Of a stretch of 64,000 nt of DNA, positions 1-54,961 are shown piece by piece. The position numbers and the translations under genes were made by a program. The DNA is taken from NCBI GenBank assembly GCA_012295275.1, contig CM022672.1:26412001-26476000 (forward strand), in the 5' to 3' direction. The stretch is from Chrysomallon squamiferum (Eukaryota; Animalia; Mollusca). The stretch's first letter is position 1. Each line of letters begins with the position of its first letter. The notes under the pieces were generated by a model. That model did not search any database, had not been told where the DNA came from, and saw nothing but the letters and a program-made list of their open reading frames with translations.

Positions 1-62
1 TGTTTGATGCTGACCACTGGTCAAAGTGTGGTCATACATACATTGACAAAATTGGCTGTACA

Positions 63-42782
<42,720 letters not shown>

Positions 42783-44220
42783 ACTCGCACGCGATAATTC
42801 TGAAAGTACGAGCCACACACAGAACAGATTAAAGAGAGAAGAGGACCCGGGCACTTCTTAATCAGCAAACTTTCTCTTCTTCCATGAATGAAATATTGTA
42901 AACAGTTTTAACTCTACCTCCTCTCTATCCTCAAATTAAATATAACATATTCTGACATGTCGTATTTGTCTGTTAATAAATTTTTATCATTGTAAACATA
43001 AAACAACTTTCTTTATTGCACTGACTCATTGATTCCAGTGTTAGGACAGTTACAATATTTCATATTCATGTGTTTACAGAATACCATTAGCACTAATTCA
43101 AATTCATATGGTAACAGAGTACTGAAACTTTATAAGTAGAAAAAAAAAAAAAATAAAAAAAAAACGGAGAAAAAAACCCAACAACACAACCATAAAGGAA
43201 CCATAAAAGACGAAATACGTTTTTAACGATTTGCGATTGAGGCTGTCTACATGATAGAAAACTTATACCTATAAGATTATTATGCTTTGTGTCAATCAAT
43301 ATTTTCAGTTGTTATAAAGTGCTTATTTCCAGCTTTAACAAATCATAATTCTTGATTTTTATATCTACGTTTTTTAAATTTTATTTAATACATTTAATAC
43401 ATACAATTCTACTTACGTCCCTTTGGTTTTAATTAGTCAGGCTTGAATTGTTAATCACAATAAATTAAATAGTAAAATAATCAGTCAGTTCTTAATTATG
43501 TTACCGCTGGCAAAGGAAACTATATCAGACTAATTTCAAAAGAAAACTTTGATTCATAATTTCAGTTTCTCTCCATCTTCATAAATATACACTTTTCTTC
43601 TGATATTTCATAGACATCTTAACTAATATCAGAATAATATAGTTTGATATAGTTTCTTTTACCCCTTTACAGTTACATATATATGTGATTATGTCAGTTT
43701 ATATTCAGTAAATACTGAATACATGTGCACGCCCTGCCAATAGCGCCATGAAAGTCATTATTTAAACTGTGAATACGTATTACCTTACCTTGTTACATAT
43801 TACCACCACTACATATTTACATATTTTTATATTGTTGTACTTCAGTGCGTTTCTCGCAAGAGTTTCCTAAGATATATAATTTTATAATTTGTTATCTGGT
43901 CTGCTTGTTCTTTTACATTTTTAAACGTTTTTTACTTTCACATTCTTAGCATTTAATATTATATTTAATATCTGAAATATATATATATAAACGCATATAT
44001 ATATATATATATATATAAACAAACGCATCGTAAATGTGTTCAGAATATTCATATGAATCACGATCCATTTAAACATTAAATTTATTTGCCGTACTGCATA
44101 ATGCCTATTTCATTTTACAAATGTAATTTAAACCATAAACTAAAAATATATTCATTATTCAAAACAGTAGTTTTTTTAATCTCAGCAGTCAACTCGTTAT
44201 TTATTTATATTGTTATCATT

Positions 44221-44224
<4 letters not shown>

Positions 44225-44306
<82 letters not shown>
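44225..44306. repeat. (CT)n microsatellite
   Basis: Directly visible. Confidence 0.95.
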
Positions 44307-44309
<3 letters not shown>

Positions 44310-44714
44310 GGATTTTTGTTATTTTAATATTATTATAAGAGTATTAAATGCAATCTCTGTCACGATCATAGTCTGATAATAAAAACTGCCTGTCTAGATG
44401 TCACTACTAATAAAAGAAAATATTGCCTTTTTTTTCTTCCCCGTAATTAGGTGATGTTTTTTGTTTTGTTTTTGTTGTTGTTGTTTTTTTTTCAATATTT
44501 TTAATTTTACATGTTCAAATACAAGTTTTTACTAATTATTTATGATATATAAATGTTTTTTTTTTTTTTTTTTTTTTTACCAGATGAATAAATTAGAAAG
44601 TGGCCAGAATGGCGAAAAAAAAAAAAAAATAAAAGAAAAAAAGAAAAAAAAAAAACAACTTTATATTTAAAATAATAATAATAATTTTGACATATGTCAG
44701 TCCACTCAATTTTA

Positions 44715-44770
<56 letters not shown>

Positions 44771-44947
44771 TTATTATTATTATTTTATTTTATTTTCATT
44801 TATAATTTGTAAATAAATAAGATCTACAGATTTTTTATGTTTATATTCTAATGGGGCTGTCATTAGCTTAAGTAAAAAGTCACTAAATAGTTACATTACT
44901 GAAATATACGTACATATATTCTGTCTTGTTATTATTTGACACTGAAC

Positions 44948-45002
<55 letters not shown>

Positions 45003-45142
45003 CACAAATATTTGATAATCTAAGAGATTATATAAACTTTATTATTGTTACAAATTGATAAATTTACACTAATATTATTGTCAAAGTCTTGGAAATTGTG
45101 TATTACATTCTAAACAAAAAATGGCAGATATGAATTTACAAT

Positions 45143-45370
45143 GAAAGAAGGGGAATATTTTTAACTAGATAATGCACCAAAGTTATCTGGAGTCACAGAT
45201 ATGGTTAATGACCGCACAATTAATGACAAAGGTCACCAGATGCCGCAACTCGATTGGCTTTTCATTTGATTAGCAGAATGGATATTTTATTTGACCTTTC
45301 CATAGACAGCAAAAACGAGAACATTTGATAAACTGTTAGTGGGAAATTAACTGGAAAGCGGAATAGACTA
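45143..45370 (-). mobile_element. Degraded SINE core/tail copy
   Basis: GATTAGCAGAATGGATATTTTAT...CATAGACAGC...TTTGATAAAC...CTGGAAAGCGGAATAG aligns by eye with the 14.82-14.93 and 18.04-18.13 kb copies. Confidence 0.45.
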
Positions 45371-45570
45371 AAGACAGCACGTAGTGTGTTCTGTAAAGTG
45401 AAAAATAAAATTCTTCTTAAAATAATTTTTTATAATGAAACCTGCATTTTCTGATGTTTATCGAAATATAACATTGTCAGTTGTTAAAACACAGGTACAA
45501 TGTGATTGTTTATATTCACCACCAAAATGTAGTATTTAACATGAAATGTTTGTTATGTTTTATATTATAA

Positions 45571-45637
<67 letters not shown>

Positions 45638-46125
45638 TCTTAACTGATAACATTTTAGAATGAGTTTGTAAATATATTTTTTTCTCTATTCATACTGGAT
45701 TATGAATATTTGTTGATGATCAGTACCAAAAACTGATGATAATCTGAACTACGTTAAAAGCGCTTCATTGTTGCATTTTTATTTTTCTTCATTAAACTGA
45801 TCTTTCTGTAAAAATAGTTTTTCGCCTTTTATTGTTATTGTATTTTAACTGTTTTTCTTTCTTTTCTTTGTACCATTGTGTTCACACACATCAATTATGA
45901 TCGTAAACAAGAAAACATATCGTATATCTGTAAATATTTATTTATATATTTGTTTGTGAAAATAAAATAAAAATACTGTTATGTTTAACGTTTTCCGATT
46001 CCAGATTATGCACCCAATGTATTTTGTTCTATAACATGCGCATACACTATGGAATAAACGTTTTGAACATTTATGATTTTTGTCTTTTTCATACAGTTTA
46101 TTTATTCTTTCTTTTATTTATTTAT

Positions 46126-46226
46126 TTGTTTGTTTGTTTATTTATTTGTTTGTTTGTTTGTTTGTTTGTTTGTTTGTTTGGTTGTTTGGTTGGCTGGTTG
46201 GTTGGTTGGTTGGTTGGTTGGTTGGT
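46126..46226. repeat. (TTTG)n grading into (TTGG)n microsatellite
   Basis: Directly visible; source of the ORFs at 46024 and 46073. Confidence 0.9.
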
Positions 46227-46714
46227 TATTTGTTTTAAAATTATTAATTTTTTCCTATGGTGTCACGGGGCCCAGCGCACAAGAGGTGTTAGCTTTCAAG
46301 AGCTAACGAACTTATTAAATTTTGGCTCGTTTCTTGTCAAGGGTTTGCGCCTTTGTTGGACCCGCTGACTGCAAATAAGAAACTGTGACATTTGATTATA
46401 ACAGATATATATATTTGCATATACTATAGATATAAACCATATAATATCAAGTATCCACTATAAACACCAAAACAAAACACATTATTTATATTACAAAGAT
46501 ACGTGGGAGTTGGCGTCAAATTCTTAATTCTTTTAATTTTCCCTAACCTGTTTTGTTAGAAATAAATATATAACACAAACTCTGTACGGAGCATATATAC
46601 AGGTTACATCAAACTGATCAACAAACCAAACAGAGGATACAGAAACAGGATAACCATTTGTCCCTGCTTCTGACTTAAAAAAAAAAAAAACGCAAAATAT
46701 ATTTACCAACATAA

Positions 46715-46870
46715 TTGCCTAACAATGGCCGCCAACTCCTCACTCCTACCCGTGTCTTCTTTTTGTTCCTTGTCGTCTCTGTGTCTTTGTCTTTTACTTA
46801 AATAAACACGTCGCGGACTTCCCTGAAGTTAATTCCTTTTGTCTCTTGCTAATGATCGTTAATTGTTAGG
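46715..46870 (+). promoter_or_regulatory. Candidate promoter/non-coding first exon of the RNF4-like gene
   Basis: YY1-like CAATGGCCGCC (46723-46733) followed by a pyrimidine-rich, CpG-containing stretch, 3.1 kb upstream of the ATG exon, which has a splice acceptor and so needs an upstream exon. Confidence 0.3.
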
Positions 46871-47837
46871 TGTTTTCAGTAATTGGATTACTGTTAATTA
46901 ACAGTAGAAATTTAATAAATACATATTGTTAGGAATATTTGTAGAAATGAATGGTTAACATATTTACTTACTTTAAGGATATATAGAGGTTAATTTCGAG
47001 ATGTTAAACTATATTAAAGTAAGCCATTTAGGTAAATATTAAATATATTACCGACATTTTCAAAAACTTTACCTTAAAAGTACCACAATATAAAATATTA
47101 TAATAAGTAAAAAAAAAATATAGCTACCAGCGAATTCTACAAGTAGGTATAACCTAAATTGCGATCCGTGGCTTAGTAAATAAGTTAGGATCATTTTGCT
47201 ATGTTAAAGAAACACAGAAAACAGTACATTTAAATATCGCCGAGAACACTTTCCACAGCTTGAACGAGGCCCTATTAGGGTGTGGATAAGGGCCCTACCA
47301 CGTAAGGAATATGTTTGGTCCTTTTTTACTACTGCTGCTGCTACTTTTATCTACAACAACAACTACTACGACTGATATTACTTCTACTACTGCTATTAAC
47401 TAATTACTTTAAGCACTACTTTTGCTACTAGATTTTGAATCCTAATTTAATTCGATTTTTATAATTCAAAGAACATTTAATTCAGAATAAAAAGACCTGG
47501 ACAAGGAGATATTATGAGACATATTTCAAACCACAAATACGGAAGGTTAGGTTGGCTTGGGGTGGGGTCGAATGACTGGGCTCAGGTCTCCTGCAGGGCA
47601 AAATAGTTAACTTCACCAACCTATTCTGACAGAGAAATATACTAAGTATATTTCAGTCTGTATCTGTCAAGGGATTTATCAAGTTCTTGAGGATTATCCA
47701 GTTTCTGCATGCACCAGTTTGTGATGTTAGTATCTGATAACTAAATGTGTCAGTTTCTCAGGTCTGTGTATAAAAAGACTTTACTATTCATTCAAAATGA
47801 TTTTCTTTTCATTTTTTTTTTTTTTTCTTTTCTTTTT

Positions 47838-47885
<48 letters not shown>

Positions 47886-48080
47886 GAATAGAAAAGATTT
47901 TAAGAAAACAGATGAAATCATTCCACATAATAAACTGAAATGTCGGCCAAAAACAAATGTTGATATCACTCAAACAGATTATTACCCGCAATAGAGCTGT
48001 CATAGAATTACCTCCCTTGAAATCGCTCCCTTGAAGCTATATAAAATAAAATAATAGTAATAAGAAGAAGAAGAAGAAGA

Positions 48081-48141
<61 letters not shown>

Positions 48142-48973
48142 GTAAGTGCTCCTGCTGCTACTGCTACTAATACTACTACCAAAGAAATAATATACAACTG
48201 GCACGATTCTTCAAAATATAAGTAAAAATCAAAACAGCAACAAACAGTGCATTGGAAAGAGGAAATGTTGTTCTTTATTGTGATACATTTTGCATGCTCC
48301 TTTGAACAAAATGTATCTGCGCCGATCCGGGAAAAGATTGCAGTTTTCAAATGATTCAGGCGTGGCGGGCAGCTGCACAGTGCGGATGCCTCTATTTCTA
48401 GAGAAAAAAGATTAGCCATTCGAGCACTTTAAATTTTATTAATCTAATAATCTAAATGAAAATAATAATAATAATAATAATAAAAAATAATAATAAAAAG
48501 AAGAAGAAAAAGAAGAAATAACGACATAATCAGTTATATTTTTCGTTATAAATTAGAAATAACATGATATATATAAACTGATTATTGATAAATAATTTGC
48601 AAAACATAATAAACAAAACTAATATATAAAAGTATTTATTATTATTTCAAAATAAATAAATAAATAAATAAAAATGGTTTGAATTATAAAAAATAATACA
48701 GTTTGTTTTCAACACATTAAACAAATATAATGATTACAAAATTTCTTAAGTCTTTATTAGTTTATATATTATGATTAAATTTTATTCTTTCGTTATGGAT
48801 ATATGAATTCTCCTTTTGTTGACTGGAGCTTATATTAACTTTACACCGGTTAAACATAACAACCCGTGAACTCCAAACTGTTTATTGTTTTGAGATGGGA
48901 CAAATTTTGATTTAGCAAACATTAATAATACATTACACAGCAATGATATATTGTAGAGAGAGCTCTTTTATAA

Positions 48974-49004
<31 letters not shown>

Positions 49005-50000
49005 GATTATACGGTATTTTCAAATTACCGCCAACCCGTATTATATATCTTTTCATAAATCCTAAATCCATATTTGTGAACAGAACAGTACATTTTTTTG
49101 CTTGTCTGAAAATTAGGGAAAACAAGAAAAAATAGCCTAAGATAAGTATAACCTGCGCGAAATTTATAAAACATTATTATTATTATTTTTTTAAATATCA
49201 AGTGTTCGGGCGACCGTCTTTGTTATTTCATTTTAGGCCATCCCATTTTATTTAATTCGTGAGAAACGGAAAACTGAAAGGATGGAAACGTTTTAACGAT
49301 TAATGTTATCATCCACAGACATGAAGCATGGTACTTCAGTTTATTATTTACTATAGACAGAACTTCTTTTTTGTTTTGTATATACATCATTGTTAACACT
49401 TTATTTGTTTATAAGGACTGCTGTTAAAGACGTGAAGATGGATTATATCATCATGTAACCTGTTACCGTTTACCGTAATCTAGGCAGTTCTGATCGTTTT
49501 ACTTTTAACTTCAGCTAATTAAAATTTTGTTTATTTTCTAATATATTAATGATTAATTAACTGAGAGATGGTTATTTTTCACTGACAGCTGTATTGATTA
49601 CTCAGTGCATTGTAAATAATAAAGAGAATAACAACCGAAAAACAATTATGAAAAGAAAATATTATTTTTTTTTTTCAGTTCTTTTTGTGATCGAATGACT
49701 AATAGAGATTCAAATTGCAGTGACAAACTTCATGAAAATGAGTTTACCAAGAGTTGTAAAGTTTTATTTGTCAATTTATTTTATTCCAAATTAAAGCATT
49801 TTAAAAATGTTCCTTCTATTTTTGATAATGGTATCATTTAGGTCATATTTATTTTTTAATTTGAATATAAGATATATTGAAAACTTAATATATGTTTACT
49901 GTACCTATGGATACAACAGAAAACCAAGTAATTATTAAAATAATCATTCTTTCAAATGTGTGTTTGCATTTAAAATTAAACTCTTGTTGTAGCTTATATT

Positions 50001-50009
50001 ATGAGTAGG
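50001..50009 (+). CDS. RNF4: RNF4-like start (MSR) in a 17-nt microexon 49993-50009
   Basis: TTGTAG acceptor at 49991-49992, ATG AGT AGG then GTGAAA donor (weak); phase 0 fits next exon. Confidence 0.6.
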
Positions 50010-50956
50010 GTGAAATAGCAGAGGCAGTATATTTTTTTGATATATGACCATGTAGGGAAGAATATTTATTTTTTAAAACTGTGTTCTGGTAGAGAATTTC
50101 TATCACATAAACTGTCTCATTCTTGTTTTCAGTCTCCTCAGAGGGTTCGTAGACGACGGCACATTGTAAGTCAAGAAAGACCACGTCTGCGCAGAACAAC
50201 ACGTAGTAACTCAGTGCCACCAACTGTTGTGTTAGATGATTTACAAGACGATGTGAACAGTGGTGTGTATTATCACTAAGAAATTAATTTGATTATTTTT
50301 CACATTATTTTTCACAGTGACAACCTTTCATTAATACCAAATTCTTTAATATGCTTTGCACTTATTATGAAGTGTTATTAAAAACATTATTTAGACAAAG
50401 GTGCATGAAGTGGTTTAATGGCTCGTACATCATAAATGTTCCACATATTTCATACAATTCAGTAAATCTATATATATCTTTTATAGCTTTATAGTTGATG
50501 TTAAATGAAACTCGAGTGTTGTTAAATGTTTTTTGTAAAAACTTGTTTAACATGCAGTTACTTTAAAATATAATATAAAGTAGATGCTTGGCTATTATTA
50601 TATATTACGAAATGGTGTAACAGAAGCAATAAAGTGTAAGTTTTTTCAGTTTAGATGCTGTTGTGTATTTGCAGGCTGTATTGACTTGACAAATGATGAT
50701 TCGTACACAGAACAGGCCAGTGTGATAGACCTGACCAGTGTCAGTGATTCTCCTGTTGTGGTGTGTTCAAACTGGCTTTTTATTTACATAATCTGTTGTG
50801 TTTTGAACAAATTTCTTCTAATAGACTGTTAATGAAAACCAGCCTTTGTTTAAAGTATGACTATAATATACATAAGTATTTTGCTATTTCCCATCTTTCT
50901 CTTTTAAAAATCAAAAACTAGGTTAATTTCCTATTTTCTAAATTATTATTTATTAA

Positions 50957-51000
<44 letters not shown>

Positions 51001-51309
51001 AAATTTTTGTTTTGTTAATTTTAATTTTAATTCTTTTTTAATTATTGAAAAATAATTTTAAAAACCTGATTTCTTATTTATTTTTAGCTAATTTCACCTG
51101 TTGATGGTGAGTATATTGAATGGTCTTACATTATTCGAAATAATTAGCAAAGTAACTTTTACACAGGTTAAAAGAAGAAACATTTTTTTTTATATATATA
51201 AACTGTTTTGTTTTGATTTTAATTTCACAAGGTTTATGTTCTAGAGAACAAAATTTGTAATAATCTTATTATTTCTTTTCTTTTTCTCTCATCATATATA
51301 TTTATATAT

Positions 51310-51385
<76 letters not shown>

Positions 51386-53301
51386 TGTGAGAGTGTGTGT
51401 ATTACAAGATATTTATAGTCCATTAGTAACTTGTTTTGTAACCTACAACATGCAAATTCTTGATTTAATTTACTGTTAATTTTTGGCTTAAATAACATCC
51501 AGAACACTATGGTTGTGTTATCATTCACAAACTGAATGCGTTATAAATTATTTTTTAACACTTTAATTTCTTTTTCAGAACATTCGCCAAACAGACGTGG
51601 TCGTCGAAGACGTTCATCTCAGTTTACTGCAAATGATGATGATGCTGGTCCTACAAGTAGTCGAATGAGGATGCAGAGAATGATTGATTTGGACAATGAT
51701 GATTCACTTCCATCTTTTGATGTTATAGGAATTCCATTCAGGTAACTAGCTTTTTAGGTAACTGTCTTTACCAAATATCAGTTGTGTGAAATTTGTCCAG
51801 AACAGACACAATGCCTAAACCCCAAAACCAATCTTTAATATATATCAAATTATGTGATTTTTGAAAATAATATTCAAGTAATACTTTGTTTTTATTTATT
51901 AGAAAATTAATAATAACCCGAAGTACATAGGTCACATAATTTCTGGCAAATATATCCCTTACCATTCAAGCAAGAACATTTTGGACAAATACACTGGCCA
52001 GATAAATATTTATTTATATATTTTCATCATTCTATTAAATCAAAATTGAAGTACCTTTCTTTAATAATGTATCAGGTACAAAATTTTACATACAATACTC
52101 AGTACTGATGCTGATGTAAATAAACCATTTTATTACCTGCTTTCACTTTAATTTGTATATTTTGATCAACAGAAGTGGAATCCCAAAGGCCTAACTATAA
52201 CAACACATAAGAACCTAATACAATTATTAATGTTTTTTCTTGACCATGAAAACAGTGACTGGTATTTAATTGATAGGGCTATGATAATAAACTACTTTCC
52301 TGGATGAGATGAACTGCCTTCAAAGATATACTGAATGTGTGACAGTTAAAAATAGTATTATACTTTATATTTAAAATATAAAATAACTAATGAAATAGGT
52401 ATGTAAGTGTGACTTATTGTGCATAAATTACATTTAACATTTTAATATATGAAATTATTAATACATCAGATTTTACAGTGAACTAATGAATGTAGATAAT
52501 ATTTTGAATTTTGATATATAAAATTGTTATTAAAACAGTTTGTACATACATATGAGTTAATGAGACAGAGTTCCATTTTAGTCCAGAAAGAGCAGAATCA
52601 AATCCATCATCATCCACAACATCACCATGGACACAGAAGTTTCACTGTCCAGTCTGCCTGGATGATGCTAAACAAGTATGTATTAATTCTTCCAGTTGAA
52701 TTTTGAATCATTATGTCTTTGATGGAAAGTATCAGTACAATTACAAAAATTTCCAGGTTTATTTTGAAATGACTGGGTATTAGAATCAAATTTGATGCTA
52801 ATTTATAATATTTGATTTAAAAAAAAAGAAATTTGCTTATTATTATTTTAAAATATTAGGCCATTGTCTCCCCTTACTGTTAATGTTAGCTTTAAATCTG
52901 ACACTGAATAATAAAATGAATGTTAGGTTTCATTATTGCTTGATAAATAAATTTGTTTAGTATTAGTTTTTTTTAAACTATACATTTAGGGGTTTAATAA
53001 GTTGTGCATTTCACTAAATGTCAAATCATAAACTTTTAAAAATAATTATACAGCTCTGTGTTAGTATATATATAAATTAAACATACATTTTACACACACA
53101 AACATTTGTTTATTACACATGCACACATATTCTTTTTCTGACTACTTTCAGATACAGAAGAGTGGACGACAAATTTTTTCCACAATTTGTGGTCATATCT
53201 ACTGTAATGAGTGTATTACTCAGGCTCTTGGTGCACAGAAATGCTGCCCAACATGCAGAAAAAGAATCACTTTAAAACAAATACATGTGTTATATTTATA
53301 G
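50001..53301 (+). CDS. RNF4: RNF4-like SUMO-targeted E3 ubiquitin ligase, 7 coding exons, 216 aa
   Basis: Exons 50001-50009, 50133-50262, 50675-50760, 51088-51106, 51579-51741, 52582-52675, 53152-53301 join in frame. Product has a basic N-terminus, tandem SIMs (VVLDD, CIDLT, VIDLT, VVLI), an Arg-rich motif and a C-terminal C3HC4 RING (CPVC...STICGHIYCNEC...CPTCRK...HVLYL). Confidence 0.9.
50133..50262 (+). CDS. RNF4: RNF4-like exon (SPQRVRRRRH...TVVLDDLQDDVNS)
   Basis: TTTCAG acceptor, G|GTGTGT donor; within ORF 50037..50279. Confidence 0.85.
50675..50760 (+). CDS. RNF4: RNF4-like exon with SIMs (GCIDLTNDD...VIDLTSVSDSPVV)
   Basis: TTGCAG acceptor, GTGTGT donor; two IDLT-type SUMO-interacting motifs. 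Confidence 0.9.
51088..51106 (+). CDS. RNF4: RNF4-like 19-nt microexon (LISPVD)
   Basis: TTTTAG acceptor, G|GTGAGT donor; required to convert phase 0 to phase 1 between flanking exons. Confidence 0.8.
51313..51383. repeat. (GA)n microsatellite in RNF4-like intron
   Basis: Directly visible. Confidence 0.95.
51579..51741 (+). CDS. RNF4: RNF4-like exon (EHSPNRRGRRRRSS...MIDLDNDD...GIPF)
   Basis: TTTCAG acceptor, AG|GTAACT donor; within ORF 51536..51745. Confidence 0.88.
52582..52675 (+). CDS. RNF4: RNF4-like exon (SPERAES...FHCPVCLDDAKQ), first RING cysteine pair
   Basis: TTTTAG acceptor in phase 2, GTATGT donor; different frame from the listed ORF 52524..52706. Confidence 0.85.
53152..53301 (+). 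CDS. RNF4: RNF4-like terminal exon (rest of RING, stop TAG)
   Basis: TTTCAG acceptor; CGHIYCNEC and CPTCRK; AATAAA at 53764 and 53805. Confidence 0.95.
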   Translation: MQKSGRQIFSTICGHIYCNECITQALGAQKCCPTCRKRITLKQIHVLYL

Positions 53302-54062
53302 ATATGTGAACATTATTACTTTTGGTGACTGCTTTTTGAAGAATGCTTTTATTTTACACTTTCAAACTACTTCTCTGTGTATGAAGATTTTAAGGCTTAT
53401 TGGTACATGATGTTTCGTCTTGTTTGATTGTTTTTTGTAAAAAAAAATTTCAGATAGGAAAATGATTTAGCTTGGTAGGTTAATTAAATTAAGCACCAGT
53501 ATAGGACAGAAGAAAAAAAAAATTAAAAGGAGAAAAATACTGTGTAGATTCTGAGAAGACTGAAATACAGCTTAAACTCTTTGCTTTTATTTACTTTGAC
53601 TGTGTTTTGGGATTGATTGGGCCATTGCACAAATTTTTCCAGCAGAAATTCAAACATGGTTTCCCACTGTAAGCATATTATATATTTCTGTGTATCTTTG
53701 TAATAACTGTATGTGAGAATATGTGGAATATGTTCTGTGCATTGTTTTGTATGTAAACCATGAAATAAATTCAGAAATTGTAAATGTCCTGATTTAATTC
53801 TCTAAATAAAATGTACAAATAATTTTGTTTCCATATATTACTACCTATAACCTTCAGTTACAGTATTTAATATGAGTTTTACGTATTTTAATTTTTTTTT
53901 TTTTATTATCATTATTATTTAGTATTTTCCCAACATGTTAAATTTATACATGTAATTGTTTGTGTGGATACACTGGGTCTTTATTAAACAGTATGTTTAT
54001 TTCAATTATTTCATCTTTTCTTCCTCTTTTTCTTCTTCTTCTTCTTCGTCTTCTTTATCTTA

Positions 54063-54094
<32 letters not shown>

Positions 54095-54402
54095 TATTTA
54101 TGATTGGGTCATTTATCTTAATGTGTAGTGTCAAACCTGTCTGTGTATTTATGTCAGGAATTTGTATGTTATTTAGTTTTCCTTTTTCCTTTTTTTAAAA
54201 AAAAATATAATTTAATTTTTTCATTTAATTATTTTAAATTTGATATAAATGGAAAGTGAAATAAATATGAAAGGTTTGAGAAACTAAATAAAACTCTACT
54301 AAATGATGGTTATTTATTGTTTTTGCCTGCAAAATATTTTATGACCCAACATGACTACTTATTGTGACAATAAGTTCTGTTTCTTATAACATATTTGTCA
54401 GA

Positions 54403-54843
54403 AAAAAACACGTTAATTCTGATGCTCTGGTTTGAAATGTATTCTGTTAATATTTGAATTTCCTAATTGAATTGTAGAAGTTTGTTTTGACACCCAGTTA
54501 TTTCTAGTAGTATGCTAATTTACACTATTTTTAATTTGATTTTGCTATGCATATATCAATAAATATTCCAAGTAATGTTTGCTATGAGGTATTAATAAGG
54601 TTGTTAATAGTTTTTACTGGATTTCACTTGACCGTTAAAATCACAAAAAGGGCCATCCAAGTTACAGAATCATTATGAAACTCCATTGCTAAAAATATGG
54701 TTAATAAAAATGTAATATATAACGAAATCATTGATTATTGGGTGTTATGCAAACTTACTGCTGATATTTAAAAAAACAGAAAAAGTGAAATAAGCAAAAA
54801 ACACGTTAATTCTGATGCTCTGGTTTGAAATGTATTCTGTTAA
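54403..54843 (+). repeat. Exact 48-bp direct repeat pair (54403-54450 and 54796-54843)
   Basis: AAAAAACACGTTAATTCTGATGCTCTGGTTTGAAATGTATTCTGTTAA occurs twice, 345 bp apart. Confidence 0.9.
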
Positions 54844-54912
54844 ATGTCTAATCTGAGACCAACGTTGTTTATCATTTGTGTGTGATCTATGGAGATATGA
54901 AATATAATAAAT

Positions 54913-54961
<49 letters not shown>

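Noticed and set aside
47250-47310. GGCCCT...AGGGCC hairpin as tRNA or ncRNA
   Set aside because: Only a 6-8 bp stem, with no cloverleaf or Pol III boxes.
48000-48419. 139-aa minus-strand ORF divergent from RNF4-like
   Set aside because: Runs through (AAT)n/(TTC)n repeats and has no domain features.
52524-52706. His/Gln-rich ORF inside RNF4-like
   Set aside because: Wrong frame; the true exon frame encodes the CPVC RING half-site.
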